A stretch of 63,151 bases of DNA, counting the filler, from Stramenopiles sp. TOSAG23-3 (taxonomy: Eukaryota), in assembly GCA_900128585.1 (NCBI GenBank). It is 6 parts of 6 records of this genome, joined end to end, with 100 filler letters (N's around TTAATTAATTAA, not from the genome) between each part and the next. Parts side by side here need not be neighbours in the genome. Positions count along the whole stretch, not along the records: positions 42,197 to 52,629 come from LT642818.1; positions 52,730 to 63,151 come from LT642819.1; 4 more parts are not named here. One strand, given 5' to 3'. Within the stretch, counting starts at the first letter, position 1. Every line of letters starts with the position of its first letter. This document shows positions 42,197 to 53,079 of this stretch, one piece after another. The notes below the pieces were generated by a model that did not search any database, had not been told where the DNA came from, and worked only from the letters and a program-made list of their open reading frames with translations. The position numbers were made by a program, and so were the translations under genes.

Positions 42197-42717
42197 ATTA
42201 CAGTTTAGATAAACTGGAATATAAAAGATAAAATATGAAGTCAGTTCATTTTTTATAATAATATAATTCATAATATTTTTTTTTAATAAATTATTTACTC
42301 GCTCAGCAGAAAAATAGGAAATCCCCCCATTTTAAAAAATAGAGTCTTTAGTATATATATCCTTAACATATGGAGAAAAAAGAAGAATTTTTAGTCTTTC
42401 TTATATAGTATAAGAATACAAATAAATACATTATCCAAGCACTGTTTTAAGGCGATTATATACATTGTAATATCACTGAGCGGTATGAAAAAGAGTAGAG
42501 AGGTAGGTCGGTGGTCGGTGGGGCGGGGGGTGGTGGTGGGGATTATTATTTTTTGTGGTGGTATTGATGATGAAAGTTGATGGTGTCTGATTATGATTTC
42601 TCTACATACTGTATTCCCAGTCCATGGCACTTCCCCGAAGGTAAAATTACCACCAATGTGCCACGAAAGCCACGTAACCAACCACTGAATCGCTAGCCGA
42701 AGCGTAACCACCGTATT

Positions 42718-44565
42718 ATGATGGCGAATCAAAGCAATCCGAGGTCAAAAAGTATACTTGATAAATTTAATGATGTGATACGTTACAGTGCCCTCGAAGA
42801 AGAAGAAGACATTGCACCATACGTTGAAGAAACTGAAGATAATGTACCGAATCCTTTTGAACAGAAGGTTATTATATTAGTGCTTGTCTTTATGTATACA
42901 TTCCAAAGCTTTGCCCTCCAATTTCCGACGGTTATAAGTGTATACATGTCTCATGAAATTGAACAGTGTAAGGATCGTTATTATGTAGAAAAGTATCTGG
43001 ACAATGTGATGTGGCCGGTTTCCTTTAAAATTCTTTTTGCTCCTATAGTAGACTTGGTTCCATTATGTTGTTTCAAGAAGACATATCACCGTAGAGGTTA
43101 CATTTATATCACTGGCATAATGACAGCAACTATATTGTTCTTGCTAGCATACAATTGGTCCTCTATTGACCCTCATAAGTCATGCCCTGACGCCCCATTG
43201 TTATTCGTATACCTTTTTGGAATTATATTATTTACGGCAATAGGAGGCGTTGCACTCGACGGTTTAGCAATATTGGCGTTGCAGGGTAAAAACCTTGGCT
43301 ATTTTTCAATGATATCAAAAGTTGGAACCGTGGTCGGAAAAAATGGTATCAGCACTGCGTTTCTTTTTCTTGAGAAAACAATTGGTGTCAGGATATGTTA
43401 TGTAATAGTTGGATCTTGTTTCTTACTTTCATTATTTTTCTTACGATTTATGAAGGAACAAGTGCAAGAAAGTGCAAACACAAATGCGTTGAAATCGCAC
43501 AAAGAGTCAAGAACATTGTTGACTGCATACAAACTTTTGTATCGAGTGATTTGCAATAGGCATGCTTTGTTTTTTGGCTTTGCAGGCATGGCATTCTATA
43601 GAATTTGGAGGGGCGCATTCGTTTCAGCCGTTGATGTAACAAATATTGGGTATACAAAAAGCGAAGTGGCGCTTGAAGGTATCATAGAGTTTGTGCCGAC
43701 ACTCCTCTCCTTATATTTAATTACAAAATATCTTGGTGCTCGTGTCAATGCAATAAAAAAGCTCAAGTATCTTTATCCTGTGATGATTGTCGGTTGCGGG
43801 TTGTTTGTTCTTACGATAATAATTCCACCGTACATGAACGGTACAACAAGTAGTGATCTAAAAGAAAAATGGGTTTTTCCGTTTAGAACTATTGTAAATA
43901 TAATTGCTACGCCATTGAAAAATATTCCTGGATTGTTGATAATGGCGCATGCATCTATGGTGACTCCTGTAAACTGCCCAGGAACATTTATGACCTTCCT
44001 GCGAACAATGGATTCTTTGGGGCGCAATTCCCTGATTACTGTGCGCAATTATATACGGAATATGTTAACAACATTAGCAGAAGAGAATGGGTATGGTATT
44101 TGCAGTGGTTCGAAAGACAACTTGTATCAAGGCAGACTTACAGAATGTATCAATAATACTCTGTTTACTAAGACTGGCCAGACGGATTTTGTAAGCTGTA
44201 ATACTCGTAATGCAACATTAATACGATTTTGTGGAAAAGAAGTTTGTCGTCCTGGTCAATATTGCAGTAAGTGGGGCGATGGATATGTTTTGTTCAGTGT
44301 TCTTGCATTATGTTTTGGTGTTATGTATTATATGTTGTTCTGGTTTGTTATTGCTAAAAGAATTGATAAGAAGAAGATAGATTTTGATCCAAATAATACG
44401 GATGAAAGAATATCGTGCTGCCCAATTTATTGCTGTGGCGAAAGTATGTATGACGATTACAATGATGTTTATCATACAATAGGTTATGACGACGACGACC
44501 AACCAAAAGGACCCTACATGCCGCTTCTGTTTAGCATGCCTCGAATTGAGGGCACTGAAGAATAA
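42718..44565 (+). CDS. MFS transporter, acetyl-CoA transporter (SLC33A1/AmpG-like) family
   Basis: WPVSFKILFAPIVD, RRGYI, ALDGLAI, GTFMTFL, DGY and about 11-12 hydrophobic helices. The extreme C-terminus is uncertain. Confidence 0.8.
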   Translation: MMANQSNPRSKSILDKFNDVIRYSALEEEEDIAPYVEETEDNVPNPFEQKVIILVLVFMYTFQSFALQFPTVISVYMSHEIEQCKDRYYVEKYLDNVMWPVSFKILFAPIVDLVPLCCFKKTYHRRGYIYITGIMTATILFLLAYNWSSIDPHKSCPDAPLLFVYLFGIILFTAIGGVALDGLAILALQGKNLGYFSMISKVGTVVGKNGISTAFLFLEKTIGVRICYVIVGSCFLLSLFFLRFMKEQVQESANTNALKSHKESRTLLTAYKLLYRVICNRHALFFGFAGMAFYRIWRGAFVSAVDVTNIGYTKSEVALEGIIEFVPTLLSLYLITKYLGARVNAIKKLKYLYPVMIVGCGLFVLTIIIPPYMNGTTSSDLKEKWVFPFRTIVNIIATPLKNIPGLLIMAHASMVTPVNCPGTFMTFLRTMDSLGRNSLITVRNYIRNMLTTLAEENGYGICSGSKDNLYQGRLTECINNTLFTKTGQTDFVSCNTRNATLIRFCGKEVCRPGQYCSKWGDGYVLFSVLALCFGVMYYMLFWFVIAKRIDKKKIDFDPNNTDERISCCPIYCCGESMYDDYNDVYHTIGYDDDDQPKGPYMPLLFSMPRIEGTEE

Positions 44566-44991
44566 TACCTGCCCGTGCTGCCGTCAAGAATTTACTGGCG
44601 TTAATGTTGGGGGCAAACGAAAGCGGTCAATCACCGTGAGCGACCTGCGTTCGAGAGAGACTGAAGTCCATAAGAAAGGAAAGAAACGATTACGGAGGTA
44701 CACGAAACGTGAAATCTTCGATAAGGGCTTCGCCTTGAGAATGGAGAGTGTCATCCGACCCACCGCAACTCCCTTACAACGTTGGGTGAGGCCATTGGGG
44801 CTAGTTTTCTGTTTCAGAGCGCACCACTATCCCAAGGCTCTGACACAAGCAGTGATACGAAGAAAATTGCTAACAAGGTCGTAAAATTTCTTTGGCGCAG
44901 TCGGGAGACGATAGAGGAAAGTGACTCGTCTAGTGACGAAGGAGCTAGTAGCAGCGGCAGCGACAGCGAATCATCCTGGTCAAGTGCTTAA
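44516..44991 (+). pseudogene. Headless, frameshifted fragment of a RING-finger protein
   Basis: CRFCLACLE...TCPCCRQ is the second half of a RING, in a frame overlapping the MFS tail. It continues in another frame to an acidic, Ser-rich C-terminus. Confidence 0.45.
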
Positions 44992-45019
44992 CGTTAACAC
45001 ATTTAAAGAGTAATTTTGA

Positions 45020-46270
45020 TTAGTCGGCCTCTGCTTTGATCTTCTTCTTTGTTCGACTTTTCTTCTTCTTTGGGGATTTCTCCGAAACTTCTAATTTAAC
45101 CGATTCGTTCAGTTCAGTCTCAAGCTTCAGCTTCCTCTTCTTTGCCAGCTCTTTAGCCTTTTTAGCTTTGCCCTCTTTCCTCTCTTGCTTTCCCTTTACA
45201 ATTTCATCGACGACCTGCGGCGGCAAGTGGGGGTAAAACTGCTCGAGCTCCGCGGCAAAGAGGACACTGTGCGCCCAGCCGGCATGATCTCCGAAACAAT
45301 CGACGAACAGGTTGTTCACTCGCTCGTGTCGACCGGGGGTGCAGGTGACGTCCTTAAGCGTTGGATCGAAATCGCGGCATGCGATCTGCCAGACATGGGT
45401 GTCCACGGGGACGCAACTCGTTTGATCCAACGAGAACAAGGCTACGCAATCGGCGACTTTCGGGCCTACTCCTCTGAATTTGAGCAGCTCTCTTCTCACC
45501 GCCGCGTGGTCACAATCCCGCAGGCCATGAAGGAAATCTTTTCCAGCCGGTTCTGTCATCCCATTCAAAGATTGTGCAGTATGTACAATGGACTCGGCGC
45601 GGTAGCCAAAGCTATGCCCAGTTTCACGAAGGGGCATGGCCTCCGGCTTGTTCGTCTTGGGGTTGTAGGTTAGCGGTATATTTGCCAATGTTTCTATTGT
45701 TGGAAACGAGTAGCATTCAACCCCTGCAGTTTTGTCTTTCCACAAAAGATCCCCATACTTACTCCTTAAAAAGTCTAACATTTGCGTGATGCGAGGGATG
45801 TTGTTGCAGGAACTGCAAATAAAACTGAACAAGCACTCCACTGGATCTTGCCGAACGACGCGCATGCCAGGAAGGGCCTTCGCAATCGAACGAAACTTTT
45901 TATCGCTTCGCTCCCCCCACCTGGTGTACAATGATTCTAAGTTAACTGAAAGCTGGAAGTAGTCGTGGAGTGCCTCTTTGGCAGACCTAAGGCGCTCGCC
46001 TTCGCCCACACCGTGCGATCCTGAGGTGTTCGGCTCAGCAACAACTCGAAAGAAGACGTCGTCTTGCGTCTGTCGCAAAAGAAACACCCGATCGCCAAGG
46101 GCGCCATAAAATTGAGCATTTTTGCCCTCGTTCTCTGTGGGCCTAGGGTAACGCTTCCAGTTAAAGCTCTGCCCGTTCGTCAGCGTTACTCCGATCCTTA
46201 GCTCTGCTGGCTTGACGTTCAAACTGTGCCACTCCGGATTTAGAACCTTCTGGGCAATGCGACGACGCAT
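45020..46270 (-). CDS. OGG1: 8-oxoguanine DNA glycosylase/AP lyase
   Basis: LTNGQSFNW, RQDPVECLFSFICSSCNNIPRI, FGYRA, HhH-GPD motif GVGPKVADC...VPVDTHVWQIA and AGWAHSVLF. Confidence 0.96.
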   Translation of the reverse strand: MRRRIAQKVLNPEWHSLNVKPAELRIGVTLTNGQSFNWKRYPRPTENEGKNAQFYGALGDRVFLLRQTQDDVFFRVVAEPNTSGSHGVGEGERLRSAKEALHDYFQLSVNLESLYTRWGERSDKKFRSIAKALPGMRVVRQDPVECLFSFICSSCNNIPRITQMLDFLRSKYGDLLWKDKTAGVECYSFPTIETLANIPLTYNPKTNKPEAMPLRETGHSFGYRAESIVHTAQSLNGMTEPAGKDFLHGLRDCDHAAVRRELLKFRGVGPKVADCVALFSLDQTSCVPVDTHVWQIACRDFDPTLKDVTCTPGRHERVNNLFVDCFGDHAGWAHSVLFAAELEQFYPHLPPQVVDEIVKGKQERKEGKAKKAKELAKKRKLKLETELNESVKLEVSEKSPKKKKSRTKKKIKAEAD

Positions 46271-46854
46271 TTTAGGTAATTCTTGAAATTGCGCTGCTCA
46301 CAACGTTCAGCACAAATCCTCTAGCAAGATCGTCCGACGACGCAGGGTTCAATGAGCCGTCACTGCTTGCCAACTCCACACTTTGATCAAGCTTTTTTGC
46401 AGCAAGTATCTTTAGCCTTGCGGACGATAGCGGCGGTGTCGATTTTGCTTCCTTGGGAATAGTGTGTGTTTGCAAGGTAATCTTTTTCTCGTCCTTTTGC
46501 ATGGAACGATAGTAAGCGAAGTAAAATTTTGACAAAATATTCGTGAATTAACATCTATTGTGGGAGGAAACGAAGGTGGATACAAGTACCTGCAAGAACG
46601 CTGTCAAATTCTATGCCCTCTGCGTGCCGTCGAGGATTATATAAAAACTCAAAAAGAAGTGAGATTGATTACATGATTCAAGAGAATGATTGGGGGCAGG
46701 GGGGGGGGGGGTTTTTTTCCAGCATCATAGAAGAGGCCTAATATATATTCTTCTTAATTAGTCCTATAGGATGATATCCGAGTATGATTAATGATACAAA
46801 CGTACATTATAGTACATTACGTAACTTTTATAAAATAAATGGACGTCCACCTCC

Positions 46855-49800
46855 TTACAAAACAGTAGTAGTACTGTTCGTCTTGTCAGAACCAAGAGAT
46901 CTCAGGGAACTTTGACTGACCTTGCTACTTTCTGAAGAATTAATTGTGTCCCCTGAGTGTGCCATAGAACGCTTGCCTGCCAACTGCTGTTTCCAATTAC
47001 GTTTCTTCGCGTCGAAGTACCACTGGGTACACAAAATTCCAATTCGGCTTGAGACAGGGTAAACCTGCCCACTTTCCCTCGCCAAACGCAGCAGGTGTAA
47101 TTCGTTTTTGAAATGATCGGCATCGACTATGTTGAGATCGATTGGATCCGACTGTTCCCCTCCATCCACTTTTGAGTTTTTAAAGAGGCCTGCAGCTTCT
47201 TCCTTCTTGCGGGCGGCATTTTCTTCAAAGGCTTTGATCTGAAGGAACTGCGAGTATGCCCATGTTTCATTGGCCAGTTCTTTGACACTTTCATACCCCT
47301 CTGTCATGACAGCAATAATAAGGTTCAAAAGCATGATAACGCCGTAAAAAATTACAATCGCATGAAGCAAAGGACCCAAAACACTGTTTGATTGATGAGC
47401 ATCAGACCAGGGAAGTCCGTTTATTGTAACCCCTCCTAGCATTGTCATAAGCGATCTAAAAGGAGTCGAGTAGTCGTCCATCTCGACACCAAAGCCAACA
47501 ATACTCAAAACGCTGAATGCAACCATGTATACCAACAGAATAATGAAGTACGAAAATAGCTTGCTCAACTGCCTCGAAATAATAATAGTCATCCGCGCCA
47601 CTGCTGGAATCCAGTCCAGCAAATCCAGCAGCCGCAGACTTGCTACAAATAGTGTAACGGAACACATAGACGCATAAAATTCCATTGTCTTGTTCAAGTG
47701 ATACAACCTTGCTGGGAGCACATCGGCATGGCTCGAACCTTTCACGTCTCCCAGGGTTGTCTCTATCTGCAAGCGTACGATTATGACGGCAATAAGCAAA
47801 AGGCTTGAGAGCGATTTGACGGCCTTCCGCAAATTCGTGCACACTAGATAGATGCTCCGAGGAAACCTTCGGTTCGAGCAACACATGATGCAATGAGGTA
47901 CCTGGTCTTTCCGCAAACGCCATTTACCTTCATCTCCGTGGTTGATCCTGTAGAAGCCCGCACCGTACGTTCCATTCGGACGCCAACAGAACTTATACGG
48001 CTTCGCGTTTGCCGCTGTTGGCTGGTAGAAAAAGAACTCACGCCGTTCCCCGACGTCCTTCAACACGTACGTCTTTTTCGCCGTTGCGGACCAGCTTTGC
48101 ATGTATTCGGATTTTATCAAATCCACGGACGTGAGACAAAACACAACAAGAAATAAGATGTCGCATACCAAGGAGAATGTCGTGTTTTGTTGCCTCCAGA
48201 CTTGGACCTCGTATGATGGAATAATCGCCCCGGCGGAAAAAAACTCAACTGAGAAAGTTTGAGAGGCAACCAAACCCTCCTGAACGTTCGATACAACAAA
48301 TTCGACAAAAACCACCCTTGTGCTGAGATCTATCCACTGGTCTCTCTCTAACCGCTGCAACAACATCAGGGCTTCTGTCAGATTGTTGGGAAAGAGAACA
48401 GAGTGCCCTGATCCTGGATAAAACATAGTTCCTTGGCTGCCCAGAACGCTGGGCACATCCGATGCCTCCCACTTGTAAGCGTCACCTGTCAAACCGACAA
48501 AAGTTTCTTTACTCTCCGTCTCTGTCGAATATTGAGGGAAACAGCAAGCCTTCGCTTCAGATTCGTTTCCACCTTTTCTCTCGAACGAGGCTTCGGGGTA
48601 CGTGCCACGAACGGCCTCGTTCTCTCCCGAAGGACACGATTGGCAGGCAACTCGAAGTTGGCGCAACCGGAGGCGCCCGACCATTTTAATGTGCCGCACC
48701 ACCGGCAAGTAATCCCCCGTGTTGTACGGTTCCAAAGGGCTCCCTGCTTGAACTGGTCGTTCGTAAAACAATCCTGTGTCATGAATTCCCCCGAGGACGG
48801 CTATTTTCATAAAATTGAAAAAATCTTGGCGCGTGTCTGTGTCCATAAACCGCTTGTTTGGCTGCTCAGAAAAGTCGTAAGGCTTTCCCAAATACCTAGC
48901 GACTATTGCATGGTGCAACAAGTGCGAGGTTTGGTCGTTCAACCCAAGGCGCACAATAGTCGACAAGAAAAAGAGTACAAACAGGATGAACCATCTTACA
49001 AATTGTCGCACCCGTGGCCATTTTGCAACCTCATTCCATTTCATTTCTACCGCTTTCTGAGTACGAGCGTAACCCCAAATGTGGTCTTTCCACCCATGCG
49101 GCCTCTCCGCTGACCCAATCAGTTTCGGCCTCACTTTTTCCAGCCATTCTCTCTTGCTAATGTCGTCAAACGGTTCCACGCCGCTGTTGCTGGTCGCCTC
49201 CAAATCTGCATTGTTTGCAAGCAGGTAATGTACGACGTCGTTTTGAACAGTTCGCCGACGACGAACGTCCTCCGCTGTTGCCGACAATGACTCGGACACA
49301 AAACCGACAAAATGCTTGTCCCATTGCATAATGTTTTCCCTAATTTTCTTGGCTAACGGATCGACTGGTATTGGAGAGTGCTGACCAGCTGGGGTAGCCA
49401 AGCACTCTACTACCATTTGGTCCAAATTGCCGTCGTCGTCAAGTTTTTTACACTCTGTCCACCCGCCTATCAGCTGTTCGTTAAACCACACTTCCGGTAC
49501 AGTCGTGCCTGCCATCGAGGCGTGCCGATGAGGGTATTGCTCCAAGTCAACGTTGTGGAACTTCACATTCTTCTTTAAAAAGAGATCTTTCGCCCTGCTG
49601 CAGAATGTGCACCCTGGGAGAGTGTATATTAGAATCTGTCCTCCAAACAGGCACGAGTGACTTGAGCTGCTCTTTCTCCGAACCGTCTCCCCTGGCTTGG
49701 TTGTTGACCGCTGCCGTTTTCCAGTGATCAGCTGGACGCGTTTCCACCGTCTCCAGAACTTTGAGATCAATTTTGCACACTCTACATACTGCTTCATGGT

Positions 49801-52206
49801 GTGTGAATCCTTGTAAGCTTCAAACGCGTAATGCAAGGCGCTCTTCCCATAGTAATCTCTTTTGTTAATGTGGGCCCCTCCGGCAACAAGCGCGACTGCA
49901 GTACTCAGTGAGTACGCATATTTGCAAGCCATCATCAACGGCGACCATCCCGTCTCGTTGACGGCCGTGGCAGCAGCATCGTTTATCAGAAGAATGTTCA
50001 CGATGTCAACATGTCCCATCTTTGCCGCGTAGTGAAGTGCAGTGTTGCCATCGCTATCGCGCGCGCCCACCGGGGCACCGGCTTGCATTAGCAACTTTAC
50101 AAGCTTGGTATTTTCGTTACTCATACCACACACCAAATGCAGGGCCGTGCACCCCTTCGTCAGACCTTCTCGCGCCAGATATTTGCGACCTTTGACCCTC
50201 AAGCCAAGGTTAACAACCCTTGAACCTCTCTGAAATAAGTTTGCCTTCACTGTAGAGACGTGTTCTTTTACCTTCAGCAGCCGGTCGACTATGCCGATGT
50301 TTTGCTCTTTGCAAGCAATCATCATTGCATTGATGCCATCATGGCTCTGTGCATTCAAGTTAACGTCAGTGTGAAACACGGCCCTTGCCTGGACTGGATC
50401 GGTAAGAACCCCAACGTCGTCCTTGGACCAGCCTTGTGCATAACTCAGCAGCCAGTCAACAACTTCGGCGTCGCCCCAAGCGCATGCGTACATTAGTGCC
50501 GTCCAACCGTTTGCGTCTCTTACGTTTGGGGCAGGCACAAACACTCGATATCCATTTTTGTCCCGATACTGGTTCTGCAATAGTTCCCGGCAGACCGGTT
50601 TGTTCCGCTTTACAACGGCAAAGAGCAAGCTCGTTATCACTTGAGTGCCGAATTTTCGAGAGAAGCTTCCTTGGGGCGCAAACGGGTGACGATTTTTTAC
50701 TACGACCTGAATTGGCAGGTCTATCTGCCTCCACCCAGATGGTATCCGCTGTTCCTCTTTCTCTTGCTCCAATGTTGCAATGTTCGTAACCAAGCGATAA
50801 ACGTTTGCTTCGCCGATCCAGTTGTCCATAATTTTCTTCACGTGGAGCGGCAGGTTAGTGTTCGATTCGGCGCCCTTTTGCCTACAAATTCCGATCATAT
50901 GTGACGCGCACGCTTCCGCAAGAGACCTTAAGTAGGGGGCTGGTACAAACCGCGCCAAAGGGTTGGTTCGGTCGGTCTCTTCTTTGCTTTCTGGGCCCGA
51001 ATCATTTTTCGGTGCCGATGCGTGCTTTTGCTTCAACGAAGTTGCGTTCTTGCTCCTGCGGAGGCTAAGCTGTCGTTTCGGGGCACTGGACTTCACAAAC
51101 ACCGAGAAGAATGATGAAATGGCACCAATGCCCCTGGCTTCTGCTTTCTCAGCGTCGTCTTTACGGGCCGAACCATTTTCTTCCTCGTCTTCCATCTCCC
51201 GGAGTTTCTTAGCTTTTCCTGCGGTGATGTGTTTCCTCAAATGCCCGTAAATGTTTTCAAAATATTCGATCGGTGGGAACGCAAAGCCCGTCAGAAAGGA
51301 CTGCAAGTACTCTTTCAAGTGGCCCATTCGTTGGTCTCGCACATCCAGCTCGCTCGTTCGCTCGTCCCATTTGACGTACTGGCCCAAAAACCGGCCACAG
51401 GTTTCTTGTTCTATGGAAAATAAACGAAGAACTTCTTCCGCCTCTGTCAGCAGGCTTGACCCCGCGCCTTCTCCCGATGTTGCGTCCTTCATGAGCTGCT
51501 CGTCGACAACCTCCATCCCGCTGTCAATCCTTTTCCTCATTTCCGTGGTCTCGACGCGCTGATTTTCTGCCTTCAAACTTTGTATTAGAAACTGTGCATA
51601 CGTCGGGGGTTTGGTTCGAGGGGCCTGAAACGCGCATTTTAGCTGAAAGAGCATCCACATTGCCAAGGGGATTCGCCCGTGGTACTTTTCAATCATTGGG
51701 TTGAACGCTTCGTAGTGCACATCCCGGACGGACTCGTACGTGGCACCACCGACGAGGGCTTTCACCATCGCTCCGAAAATGGCTGTTTGGGTAGTGGAAC
51801 AGTGGCACCCTATGCTGATGCTGCAGTGCGCGTCGTTTTTAACCCCTGCTGGGTCGTAACTCCTCTCTGCTGGGATGAAAATCTGGCTGCTGTAGCCATC
51901 TTCCTCGAAGGAAATTTTGTAGAACCCAATATAGTTCATGCCCTCGACGAGTCTTGGCAACGGCTCGTAGGTGCACTCGGTTGGCGGCGGCACCTGCCGC
52001 AGCAGGATGCTCTCTCTAAGCCGGGTCGAAGATACGTTCGTTTAGTTGTACGCCACCCCAGATTCCATAAAATCGATCTTCATTTCATACTCTCCCGGCG
52101 CGCCTTCCTTCTCGACAACATGGTACAAGTTCGGGACGGAGTCATGGTCAAGGTCCAGGGCCCCTTTTAAACCGTCTGGGCGAAACGGTACTGGCGTCTC
52201 CGACAT
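46855..52206 (-). CDS. Ankyrin-repeat + glutaredoxin + polycystin-2 (TRPP)-type cation channel; the 5' part 52206-52045 is separated by an in-frame TAA or a 36-nt intron
   Basis: Ankyrins GWTALMYAC, GNTALHYAA, GWSPLMMAC. Grx IYTLPGCTFCSRAK...TVPEVWFNEQLIGG. PKD2 motifs LRLRQLRV, YPGSG, WIDLSTRVVFVEF and LLNLIIAVMTEGY. The main ORF is 46855-51993. Confidence 0.88.
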
Positions 52207-52587
52207 TCCCCCTCGTTTCTTCTGTCCTGACTTCAACGTTTGTTTGTCGTTTGTTTAAACAATGACACCAATCTAGTTCTTTTCACCATGTTTCCATTCG
52301 TAATTATTTATTCGTACGTAATATTTTATACCAACACACAACACACACAAACATGCACACATTCAAACAAATACAAACACAAAACACATTCTCAAAATAA
52401 TTGCCCTCCCCGGCGCCTCCTGCCTTATTTATTATACAGGTACGTACTATTAAGATATAATAATATCGCCGGTGCTTCTAATATTTTTTATTTGAAATTT
52501 TTTTAATTTAAATTTTAAAAGAAGAAGAGCTACAGTAATAATAAGAAGGAGTAACAAAACTATATTTAATTAGTAGACTAAGATCAG

Positions 52588-52629
52588 AAGGAAGGAAGGA
52601 AGGAAGGAAGGAAGGAAGGAAGGAAGGAA
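52588..52629 (+). repeat. (GGAA)n microsatellite at the scaffold end
   Basis: Directly visible simple repeat. Confidence 0.9.
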
Positions 52630-52729
52630 NNNNNNNNNNNNNNNNNNNNNNNNNNNNNNNNNNNNNNNNNNNNTTAATTAATTAANNNNNNNNNNNNNNN
52701 NNNNNNNNNNNNNNNNNNNNNNNNNNNNN
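52630..52729. other. Artificial scaffold linker
   Basis: 44 N + TTAATTAATTAA + 44 N. Confidence 0.98.
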
Positions 52730-52730
52730 T

Positions 52731-52980
52731 TATTGTTGATTGCACGATTAGTGCACAGGGGGGGGGTGTGTGTGTCGATAAAATTTCATTTTTTTACCAA
52801 CTTGTTTAATGCTGTGTTTATATTCCCTCCTCCCTAACATTATACAGTATGCTCTGATGATACTGTACACTTAATAATATGGATACAGCATTAAACCAAT
52901 CGGTTAAAAAATGGTAAAAAAATGAAATTTTATCGACACACACACCCCCCCCCTGTGCACTAATCGTGCAATCAACAATA
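52731..52980. mobile_element. 250-bp element bounded by perfect 69-bp inverted repeats (MITE-like, or a fold-back artefact)
   Basis: 52731-52799 is the exact reverse complement of 52912-52980. The 112-bp interior is non-coding, and TA lies at both outer ends. Confidence 0.55.
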
Positions 52981-53079
52981 TAGTAGCTGTACATTACCCG
53001 GTTGCAAAGACAATAATTCATGTCATGTCTCTTAAAAAAATATTGCGTGCTTCTAAACTACGCGCATTATTAATTTAAC

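Noticed and set aside
46563-46677. + strand peptide LCPLRAVEDYIK resembling a tyrosine-recombinase motif
   Set aside because: A short stretch with no other catalytic motifs or long ORF, so a chance match cannot be excluded.
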